DNA of 32,000 bases from assembly GCA_031316235.1 (NCBI GenBank), contig JALDRA010000001.1, positions 660,001 through 692,000 of the forward strand, written 5' to 3'. The notes under the pieces are model-generated. The model was not told the DNA's origin. It saw only the letters and a list, made by a program, of their open reading frames with translations, and did no database searches. Position 1 is the first letter of the stretch; each line of letters opens with the position of its first letter. A program made the position numbers and the translations under genes. The DNA is from Candidatus Scalindua sp. GTDB lineage: Bacteria > Planctomycetota > Brocadiia > Brocadiales > Scalinduaceae. Positions 24,693-32,000 of this stretch are shown piece by piece.

Positions 24693-26357
24693 TTATTTTT
24701 TCCCGAACTCAGGCGCCATTATTTTACTAATAATCTCTCTCGCTTCCAGGGACAATGGAATTATGGTATAATCTACTCCAATCTGTTCCAATTCCCGCTG
24801 TTGGTTTTCAGTCAAGGCCCTTGCAATTACCATGATTTCAGGGTTATATACTTTCGCATACCTGGTGGCAATCTTTTTTGTCTGCATATCATAGATAGCC
24901 AGGATCAATACCTTGGCAAACGGTAGACCAGCCTTGATCAAAAGATGATGATTCATTGCATCCCCAAACAGATATCTGTATCCATTATTTTTCAGTGTTT
25001 TTATTTTCTTTATATCGTTTTCTATTACGATCATCTCTTTTTTTCCCTTCAGCCCATCGGCAATCCTGTTTCCTGAACTTCCAAAGCCGCAGAGTATGAC
25101 ATGATCATTCAATTCTTTTTTTGTCTCTTTACTCTCCTCCAGCGTATAGTGGGGAATATACCGCAACAATGTACCCAGGGGAAGTTTTTTCGTAAAGAAC
25201 ACATATACGCTATCTGATTTGCTGATTGCAACAGGTGTAAGCATTATTGAAACAAGCGCGGCAGCAATTGTTGATGAAAATATGGTAGGAGAAAGAAATC
25301 CATGTTCCTGACCAATAGTTAGCATCACAAAGGAGAATTCACCAATCTGCATCATACCCATACCCACCCTTACGGAAGTCTTACCATCATATCCAAATAT
25401 CCATGTAGGTAATGCACAGGAAACAAATTTCCCGAACATGATGAGAAAGGTGAGCAATGCAACGAATGCGATGTTATTCACGAGTATCATGGGATTTATA
25501 AACAATCCGACTGAAACAAAAAAAATAACGATAAATATATCTTTCAGAGGACGTATCTGGGCAGAGATTTCCAGGTTGTATTCAGCCTCTGAAAGCAGAA
25601 AACCTACGATAAAGGCACCTAACGAAATAGAGAGACCTAACAAGTGTGTGGTCACGGAAATACCTATTGCAAACGAGAAAATGGAAAGAAGAAACATCTC
25701 TTTGTTTCCGGTCCTTACTATGAGGTACATTACCTTTGGTAAAAGTTTTCTCCCTATAAATACTATGGAACAGAGAACCAATACACTGAAACCCAGTACT
25801 TTTGCAAAATTGAGAATATTGCCGCCGGCAATATTCTCAAAATTTATGATAAAACATACCATAATAACCACAGCCAGGTCCTGAACGATAAGCAGCCCGA
25901 CAATTATTCTGCTGTGTAGCCGTTCCATTTCTCTGCGTTCAGTTAAAATCTTTACGATAATCATGGTACTGCTGATGGAACCAATCATTCCCAAAAGGAG
26001 TGAATTCTGTAATGAATACCCCATGATCCGGGAAAGAAAATACCCGGCAGCAACCATGAAAACTATCTGAAAAACACCACCAAAGATGATGACTTTCCAG
26101 ATGTTCCCGAGCTTGGAAAACCTGAATTCCACCCCGATAACAAACATAAGGAGTGCAACTCCAATTTCAGCGAGAGAATTCACTTCACCCACTCTCTGGA
26201 TCAAACCAAAACCATACGGCCCAATCATTATGCCTACGAGTATGTAAGCAAGAATAACCGATTGCTTCAACTTATACGCAAAGATCCCGAATAAGAAAGA
26301 AGCGGAGATGATAATGACAATGTCAAAGATAAACGTTATTGAACCTGAATCATCCAT
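24693..26357 (-). CDS. Cation:proton antiporter (CPA2/Kef-type) with a C-terminal TrkA-N (RCK) domain
   Basis: It has a polytopic Na+/H+ exchanger-like N-terminal region of roughly 390 aa (ILVGIMIGPYGFGL), followed by the Rossmann motif VILCGFGSSG. Confidence 0.8.
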   Translation of the reverse strand: MDDSGSITFIFDIVIIISASFLFGIFAYKLKQSVILAYILVGIMIGPYGFGLIQRVGEVNSLAEIGVALLMFVIGVEFRFSKLGNIWKVIIFGGVFQIVFMVAAGYFLSRIMGYSLQNSLLLGMIGSISSTMIIVKILTERREMERLHSRIIVGLLIVQDLAVVIMVCFIINFENIAGGNILNFAKVLGFSVLVLCSIVFIGRKLLPKVMYLIVRTGNKEMFLLSIFSFAIGISVTTHLLGLSISLGAFIVGFLLSEAEYNLEISAQIRPLKDIFIVIFFVSVGLFINPMILVNNIAFVALLTFLIMFGKFVSCALPTWIFGYDGKTSVRVGMGMMQIGEFSFVMLTIGQEHGFLSPTIFSSTIAAALVSIMLTPVAISKSDSVYVFFTKKLPLGTLLRYIPHYTLEESKETKKELNDHVILCGFGSSGNRIADGLKGKKEMIVIENDIKKIKTLKNNGYRYLFGDAMNHHLLIKAGLPFAKVLILAIYDMQTKKIATRYAKVYNPEIMVIARALTENQQRELEQIGVDYTIIPLSLEAREIISKIMAPEFGKK

Positions 26358-26459
26358 GTTAATTTACGTTAAAGAATAAAACTGTGGAAGAATAAGGAGT
26401 TATTTGAGTCTTAAACCGGTAGCTGGAAACCATTACAATACCTCCCGGATCAGCGGGCT

Positions 26460-26488
26460 ATTATTGGTAAGGTGGTCTGGTTTGTCAA
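26460..26488 (-). promoter_or_regulatory. Putative sigma-70 promoter of the CPA2/Kef-type gene (TTGACA-17-AATAAT on the minus strand)
   Basis: The reverse complement of 26483-26488 is TTGACA. A 17-nt spacer follows, and the reverse complement of 26460-26465 is AATAAT. Confidence 0.4.
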
Positions 26489-26801
26489 GACCTTTTTTAA
26501 CTACTTCCGAGATGCATTACTGCATAAACAACAACAGGCAAAAGGGTAACGGAAGGAGTCCGCCCGCCTGAACGATTCTTTCGGGCAGGCAGGAATATGG
26601 TTATTGCCTGTGCATAATTGAATCAGGGAAGTGCTTCATGATGATTCCATACTCCATTGAGCGGAGAAGATTCTGCTGCTCTTTTGTTAATAGATCTGCA
26701 AGGCTCCTCTATGCAGAAGCCTGAACCGGGAAATGGCAGGAAAATAAGAACTCAAAAGAGTTAATTACTGGTGTGGCGGGTTGTCGATATTTTCCCATTT
26801 A

Positions 26802-27725
26802 TTACTTTGAAAGATCTCCATGGTCATTGAAACTCTCAGACAGTTTCAAGAAATTTGATTCTAAATCAACAAGGGATGGGCCGTTTGTCCTTTCATTAAA
26901 AAAGTTTTCCACTTTCGACAACTCCCCTAGTTCAATAGCTACCCGCAATGACTTAAAACGCGCAACCATCATTGATCGTTCACGGTTGGAATCATTTATC
27001 AATCGATTACAGATCTGCTCTGACAGAAAGGAAAAATTCCTCAGCGATTCAGCACCCTTCAGTCTACTCTTTATAGTCTTTTCATTCTGGATTTCCTCGA
27101 TCAATCTCAACCATTTCTCTTGAAGCCTTACACGCTCTTTGATAGGTAATTCCGACGCAACCGACGTTGGGTCAAAATTGATTTCGGTCCAATCATGATA
27201 CTCTTCAGGCAGTTTCTGTGTTAATCGTTTCTGCACAAACTCTACAGTTTCTCTGCATTCATCCATGACAGTGTCGACAACTCTCTTTTGAATTTTCTGC
27301 TCCTCTTCAAGACGCACAATGTCTCCAATCTGTAACCTGTTATCACCTGCTGACTCTTCCCTGATCTTTGTTGCACGACTAACCACCTCATCAAGGATAT
27401 GCAGGGCCTCATTCTCCCTCTTATGAACCATTTTAAGTAACCCTTCCAGCCGGGACAGCTTGCGTCTGGCCACAAAACTTTTAAAATTCAATTTTGTCAG
27501 GATAGAATCGAACCAGTTTGGTTCGGCTTCAGAAATCATATTTCTGTAGATAGCCAGATACTTATTGGGAAGATGCAGAAGTGAATTAAGGTTTTCCTTT
27601 TTTCGCAGTATTGTTACAATGGTGTCGTCCTGTCCTGGTAACATGATATATTCCTTCCGGGCAAAATCGATCTGTATATATTCATCTAATAATGATTTTC
27701 GGACAGAATCCGAGAAAAAAACCAA
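26802..27725 (-). CDS. Hypothetical all-helical, charged protein of unknown function
   Basis: It is a long ORF with no competing frame, and I recognise no motif. Codons 1-16 lie inside repeat copy E. An alternative start is Met28 at 27644, giving 280 aa. Confidence 0.5.
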   Translation of the reverse strand: MVFFSDSVRKSLLDEYIQIDFARKEYIMLPGQDDTIVTILRKKENLNSLLHLPNKYLAIYRNMISEAEPNWFDSILTKLNFKSFVARRKLSRLEGLLKMVHKRENEALHILDEVVSRATKIREESAGDNRLQIGDIVRLEEEQKIQKRVVDTVMDECRETVEFVQKRLTQKLPEEYHDWTEINFDPTSVASELPIKERVRLQEKWLRLIEEIQNEKTIKSRLKGAESLRNFSFLSEQICNRLINDSNRERSMMVARFKSLRVAIELGELSKVENFFNERTNGPSLVDLESNFLKLSESFNDHGDLSK

Positions 27726-27773
27726 ACGAATCTAACCGCAGCCAGGCTTTGGTTTTTGTATACTGAAACCGGC
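27677..27773 (+). repeat. Family-1 repeat, copy E (degenerate), followed by a 15-bp inverted right-end fragment
   Basis: It reads TATATTCATCTAATAATGATTTTCGGACAGAATCCGAGAAAAAAA...GCCAGGCTTTGGTTTTT, then GTATACTGAAACCGG. It overlaps the annotated 5' end of ORF 26802-27725. Confidence 0.65.
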
Positions 27774-28069
27774 TGCTTTCAATGCCGGTATGTAATACTC
27801 AATCATCTGTTTCTGACATGTTCAGGATAGAAGAATAACTATCAAAATTCAAGGTTTTTTCTCTCGTGACCTCTTCAAAAATAACCTTGTCTGAAAAACA
27901 GATAAAAAATGGAGAAATGTTACACGCGGTCACCAGGAATGGAAGCTACAGATACGCAGGAGTTATTTGAGGGCAGGGAGATAATCGACACCCCCCTCCT
28001 TGAGATTCGCAGACAAAGGGAATACAACCCTGTGTTCAGGCATTTATAACCGTTACAGAATGTTTTTTG

Positions 28070-28107
28070 GAATTTCAGGGCATGAGTCTGCCTGAAATTC
28101 TGTTTTT
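28070..28107 (+). terminator. Intrinsic-terminator-like hairpin on the plus strand, with no annotated plus-strand gene upstream
   Basis: A 10-bp stem pairs GAATTTCAGG (28070-28079) with CCTGAAATTC (28091-28100). The loop is 11 nt and the hairpin is followed by TGTTTTT. Confidence 0.35.
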
Positions 28108-28304
28108 CCGATTGAAGAAGATCGGAGGATGGAAAGACTGCGTACGAAAGAAAAAACAGGGATCTTAAAAGGGTGCAATATTGATAACTCATTCAGAAAC
28201 TGGATACATTTCTGGTTGAATCACGAAGCCCGCAGCTCATTCCAATGACCCGGCAGGAACTGAATTTTCACTTTTTTTCCGCTTTGATTACTCTGCTTCC
28301 CGGA

Positions 28305-29690
28305 TTATCCTTCTTCTCTTTTCTCCTCTTCCAATGAATTCATTTTCCTGTAAATTGTCCTTGACGCAATGCCAAGTAAATTTGCCGTAATTTCCTTATC
28401 ACCATTTGTTCTCCTCAATGTCTCAACAATAATCTTTTTCTCAATCTCACGTAGTGACATTCCAAAAGGTATCGTCATTTTTCTATCTTTAACCAGATTT
28501 TTAACTATATTGCCCGGGAGATCATGGGGAGTAACAATATTATCTTGTGTTAAAATAACAGCCCTTTCAACCACGTTTTTTAACTCACGGACATTTCCTG
28601 GCCACTTGTAATCAGTCATAATTTCCAGCGTTTCTTCCGATATTCCATCCAGGGGTTTATCATTTTTCTCTTGATAAATCTTTAAAAAATGACTCACCAA
28701 AAGAGGAATATCCTCTTTTCGCTCACGTAATGGTGGAATCGTTATCGTAATCACATTCAACCGATAAAATAAATCCTCTCTAAACATCTTCTGCTTTATC
28801 GCGTGGGTCAGATCGACATTTGTTGCTGAGATAATGCGGACATCGCTTTTAAGTACTTTCGTACCACCCAAACGCTCGAATTCTCCCTCCTGGAGAACTC
28901 TTAACAACTTAACCTGGATGGACGGCACTATTTCTCCTATTTCATCAAGAAACAGCGTTCCGTTATGGGCTAATTCAAATCTCCCCTCTTTCTGGCTGGC
29001 AGCACCCGTAAAGGCACCTTTTTCATATCCGAAGAGCTCGGATTCCAGAAGAGTGTCAGGTAATGCAGCACAGCTCACCTTGATAAATGGTTTATCTTTT
29101 CTTGTCCCTCTTTTATGGATAAGAGAGGCAATAGCCTCTTTACCCGTACCACTTTCACCCTGAATCAGAACTGAGGCCTGGCTGGGAGCAACCTGTTCAG
29201 CTATCTTAAGAACTTCCTGTATCGCATCGCTTTGCCCGACAATATCATCCTGTTGAGCATATCCAGATCTTTCAAGCTGTTCATGTAATAATTTATTTTC
29301 AATCAGCAGGGCCTGTTTCTCTATGGCCTTTTTAATCATATTAACAATCACCAGCTTCTTAAACGGTTTTGTAATAAAATCATAAGCACCGAGCTTCATG
29401 GCGTCCACTGCCTTTCCTATAGTTCCGTGTGCTGTAATGAGTATTACCTCAACCTCAGGTCTGATCAGTTTAGAGGCTCTCAGGAGCTGGATACCGTCCA
29501 TTTTCGGCATTCTGAGATCGGTAAGGATTATGTTTATCTTCCTTTTGCGCAGTGTCTCAAGGGCAACCTCTCCCTCCTCGGCCAAAATAACCTCATAACC
29601 CTCTCTTGTGAGCATCTTTGCTAACGCAAGCCGGATACTCTCCTGGTCATCAACTACTAATATCGCATCATTTATTCCTGAATGAATCAA
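28305..29690 (-). CDS. Sigma-54-dependent response regulator (NtrC family: REC, AAA+, Fis-type HTH)
   Basis: The REC domain has the phospho-acceptor context ILTDLRMP. It also has Walker A GESGTGKE, the sigma-54 contact loop GAFTGA, and a C-terminal HTH (NLLGIASRTIYRKM). Confidence 0.9.
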   Translation of the reverse strand: MIHSGINDAILVVDDQESIRLALAKMLTREGYEVILAEEGEVALETLRKRKINIILTDLRMPKMDGIQLLRASKLIRPEVEVILITAHGTIGKAVDAMKLGAYDFITKPFKKLVIVNMIKKAIEKQALLIENKLLHEQLERSGYAQQDDIVGQSDAIQEVLKIAEQVAPSQASVLIQGESGTGKEAIASLIHKRGTRKDKPFIKVSCAALPDTLLESELFGYEKGAFTGAASQKEGRFELAHNGTLFLDEIGEIVPSIQVKLLRVLQEGEFERLGGTKVLKSDVRIISATNVDLTHAIKQKMFREDLFYRLNVITITIPPLRERKEDIPLLVSHFLKIYQEKNDKPLDGISEETLEIMTDYKWPGNVRELKNVVERAVILTQDNIVTPHDLPGNIVKNLVKDRKMTIPFGMSLREIEKKIIVETLRRTNGDKEITANLLGIASRTIYRKMNSLEEEKREEG

Positions 29691-29691
29691 T

Positions 29692-31362
29692 CTATCTCCT
29701 CTTCTTTGGTGTGATAGGAAAAAGGACCTTCATGGTTGTACCGACACCCACGGTACTTTTGCAAAATATTTCACCGCAATGCTCTTCTATGGTTTTGCGT
29801 GTTATAGCAAGGCCTAAACCGGTACCATTCTCCTTGGTACTGTAGAAGGGATCAAATATCTTTTGCACCTCGGATTTCGAAATACCTGAACCGGTATCAG
29901 TAAGAAGTATTTCAATATTTTTACCTGTATATCTTGTCGATATAGACAATGTACCCCCTTCAGGCATTGCCTGAAAAGAGTTCCTGAAGAAATTAACAAA
30001 TGCCTGTTTTACCTGATTTCTATCGAGAAATATTTCCGGCATAACTTTCCCATACTCCTCTTTCAGCACGATACTCCTCTGGGCCATTTCCTCTTTATGA
30101 AATTTGGTCAGATCACTGAGTAGATCATTTATAGAGGTCCCATTTAGTTCCAGTTTCGGGAATCGAGCTGACCTGAGATACTCCTCGCTGATTTCGGTCA
30201 GTCTTTCCACTTCCTCAAGAATAGATTGAATCAGCTCCTCAGCCTCGTCTGTTTTACTTTCCTTGTAACTCGAAATTTCATCATGCAGCAACTCGGCATT
30301 TAAACTGATTGAGCTTAAAGGGTTTCGTATTTCATGAGCAATTTTAGCAGACATTTCACCAATTGTCGCTAAACGTTTTGCATGAAAAAGCTTATTTTCC
30401 AATTTCTTCCTCTCAGAGATATCATGGCTGGTCAAGACAGTTCCCCAGTATCTATCATCGTTATCAAATATGGCAGAATAGGTATTATATAAATAACCGC
30501 CTTCCAGCTTTAACTCCTGATGCTGCGATGTTGGGCCACCGTCTTTAAACCCCTGAATGATCTTCCGTACTTCACCCCCCAAATAAGGAATATAACAATC
30601 TTTTATCGATTTATCTATTATCTGATCTCTTTTCACATTCCATGTTTTTTCAATCTCACTATTGCACATGGTTATCTTATCATCTGCATCAATAAACACA
30701 ACCCCCTCCGCCATATTCTCCAATGTCGATTTAATCTCAAAAAACACCTCTCCCCGACTCTTCTTCAACCTGTCCATTATCGAAGTAACAAAATAGACAG
30801 AGATAAAGATTGTACTTGAAATCGCAAAAAACATACCCAGAATATAAACTTCATAATGCCACAATTCATTGTCAAATGAAACAGTAGAGGAAATCTTTAA
30901 CGATTGATGAGGAATTATTGAATAATATTCCAAGGCAAGCATTAATGCTAAAAGAGATGAAGCAAAAGCAGCCTGTAAATAACTATACCTCTTTTCAAGG
31001 ATTATGGCCGCAATTATTACGTGAAACAGACTGTATAAGATAAATGGGTTCCAGGCCCCGCCGGCAAAATAGATGAGACTCATTAATGAAAAGAGGTCCC
31101 ACATGATCTGAACACCGGCACACCTCTGTACTGACGCATAACTCTTTGTCTGCATCACTCTCGCATAGGACATAAAAATTAGATTAAATATCACCAGGAG
31201 AATGCCAATTACATAAAGCGGAGCAACCCATGTCACAATATTAAAGACGTTACTGGCTGCATATGAAGTAATAAACAGCCCCATAATGGCAATCCACCGT
31301 AACCGGATGAGCCATTGTATACGTTCAATGAGTTCTGTTTTGATTACCGTTTCTTTGAACAC
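29692..31362 (-). CDS. Membrane sensor histidine kinase (multi-TM N-domain, PAS, HisKA, HATPase_c)
   Basis: It has the H-box HEIRNPL, G1 DTGSGI and G2 GTGLGLAI, and about 6 N-terminal TM helices. Its stop lies 1 nt before the response regulator start, so the two genes form an operon. Confidence 0.85.
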   Translation of the reverse strand: MFKETVIKTELIERIQWLIRLRWIAIMGLFITSYAASNVFNIVTWVAPLYVIGILLVIFNLIFMSYARVMQTKSYASVQRCAGVQIMWDLFSLMSLIYFAGGAWNPFILYSLFHVIIAAIILEKRYSYLQAAFASSLLALMLALEYYSIIPHQSLKISSTVSFDNELWHYEVYILGMFFAISSTIFISVYFVTSIMDRLKKSRGEVFFEIKSTLENMAEGVVFIDADDKITMCNSEIEKTWNVKRDQIIDKSIKDCYIPYLGGEVRKIIQGFKDGGPTSQHQELKLEGGYLYNTYSAIFDNDDRYWGTVLTSHDISERKKLENKLFHAKRLATIGEMSAKIAHEIRNPLSSISLNAELLHDEISSYKESKTDEAEELIQSILEEVERLTEISEEYLRSARFPKLELNGTSINDLLSDLTKFHKEEMAQRSIVLKEEYGKVMPEIFLDRNQVKQAFVNFFRNSFQAMPEGGTLSISTRYTGKNIEILLTDTGSGISKSEVQKIFDPFYSTKENGTGLGLAITRKTIEEHCGEIFCKSTVGVGTTMKVLFPITPKKRR

Positions 31363-31694
31363 GTTAAATCAATCCCCCTTTAGGTCTCCCCTGCCATTTA
31401 TCCAGTGTTCCAGCGTGAACCCTTTTTCGGAACCGACACTGCCGGGATACAGGGTGCACTGGTTTCGTAACCGGAATGAACATATTTACTTTATAGTTAA
31501 GTGGTTACTGCTGCTCAGCAGATGATTAGTTTTCATTCACCTGCTATCAGTCTGGAGGAATAACCGTTGCCACTTAGCATGAAAAAAAGATAACCCGGTT
31601 ACTATGGTACGCAGATAAACCAACTACCTGGTTAGCCCGCCGCCAAGGTACGGCACCATCCAGGTAGTGGACTCTTCAATGTTATATGATCATC

Positions 31695-32000
31695 TTAGAA
31701 ATATCTTTTCAATAACCCTTCAAGAGCTCGTGCATGCCGACCCTCGTCTCTTGAAGATTCATCAAAGAAGGCGCTCGCTTCATCCAACCCAGCCTCTTTT
31801 GCCTTCTCAGAAGCAGCCTTTTTCCCCTTGTTTGCACCTTGTTCACCGGACAACATTTTTTCTATGTTCTCCTTTGTTGATTCGCTTATCTTCCCATTAA
31901 GTTCAGCAAAGCGGGCGGCATGCCACGCCTCATCCATTGCAATGGATTTCAGGACTTTTGCCGCCTCAGGATAGCCTTCCCTTTGTGCCTGCCGGGACAT
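31695..32000 (-). CDS. Rubrerythrin/ferritin-like diiron protein (possibly truncated by the window edge)
   Basis: It has two E...EXXH motifs (E..MDEAWHA and E..RDEGRHA). An ATG sits exactly at the window end, but the ORF may continue upstream. Confidence 0.7.
   Translation of the reverse strand: MSRQAQREGYPEAAKVLKSIAMDEAWHAARFAELNGKISESTKENIEKMLSGEQGANKGKKAASEKAKEAGLDEASAFFDESSRDEGRHARALEGLLKRYF

Noticed and set aside
24476-24730. An 84-aa plus-strand ORF (…GSGFRVQGSEFRVQGSRFGVQG…).
   Set aside because: Its repetitive peptide is simply the heptamer tract read in frame. It has no start context or supporting motif, so it is a translation artefact.
25438-25884. A 148-aa plus-strand ORF inside the Kef-type gene. 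Similar antisense or alternate-frame ORFs lie at 3704-4090, 13378-13701, 16968-17300 and 28834-29163.
   Set aside because: Each lies wholly within a well-supported longer CDS with clear family motifs, and each is a low-complexity translation without motifs.
1965-27773. I asked whether the recurring roughly 140-bp units could be a CRISPR array or CRISPR remnants.
   Set aside because: The copies are kilobases apart, occur in both orientations, are far longer than CRISPR repeats, have no regular spacer periodicity, and no cas genes are present.
27920-28192. A 90-aa minus-strand ORF in the RR-hypothetical gap.
   Set aside because: It has no motif, a Cys/Ser/Leu-rich low-complexity composition and no start context, and it overlaps the plus-strand hairpin. 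It is probably spurious.
31556-31575. A sigma-54-like GG-N10-GC spacing (GAGGAATAACCGTTGCC).
   Set aside because: It has poor matches to the TGGCAC and TTGCW cores, and it points on the plus strand towards a minus-strand gene. No convincing -24/-12 element was found by eye anywhere near the EBP operon.
31623-31668. A 9-bp stem (ACTACCTGG with CCAGGTAGT) and 28-nt loop downstream of the rubrerythrin-like gene, considered as a terminator.
   Set aside because: On the minus strand it is followed only by GTTTAT, a weak U-tract, and the loop is long. It is plausible but not strong enough to list as a feature.
1-32000. I looked for tRNA, rRNA, tmRNA or RNase P genes in the intergenic regions.
   Set aside because: I saw no T-loop (GGTTCGAATCC-like) or anticodon-arm architecture and no rRNA-like conserved blocks. 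This was visual inspection only, so tRNAscan-SE or Infernal should confirm it.

Overview
About 42% GC bacterial chromosomal segment, roughly 85% coding, with mostly housekeeping genes. I recognise a partial MATE transporter, a Mut7-C nuclease-domain protein, pterin-4a-carbinolamine dehydratase, mutS, oligoendopeptidase F, rtcA, an RCK-gated 2-TM channel, a second MATE transporter, trmB, rpiB, a YrdC/TsaC-type enzyme, dinB, asnS, a small HNH endonuclease, a ceramidase-like membrane protein, a CPA2/Kef-type antiporter, a sigma-54 NtrC-type response regulator with its histidine kinase, and a rubrerythrin-like protein. Less certain calls are a translationally coupled pair of secreted proteins (S55/SpoIVB-like peptidase plus beta-propeller/Ig-like protein), a 307-aa helical hypothetical, a DUF1566 secreted protein, and two gene remnants (DUF559, radical-SAM C-terminus). 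I found no tRNA, rRNA, CRISPR array or intact transposase. The main unexplained signal lies in the intergenic DNA. Family 1 is a roughly 140-bp hairpin-rich repeat, always flanked by TA, with 8 copies or fragments that are all intergenic. Two loci carry inverted pairs, and one copy is nested inside a member of family X. Family X is a roughly 125-130-bp element with 18-bp perfect terminal inverted repeats and at least 3 copies. These elements abut or overlap several annotated start codons. A (GGGTTCA)n heptamer tract with G-quadruplex potential sits next to a patch of higher GC. Taxonomy cannot be verified from here. Shine-Dalgarno sequences are scarce and several near-consensus TTGACA-17-TAnnnT promoters are present.
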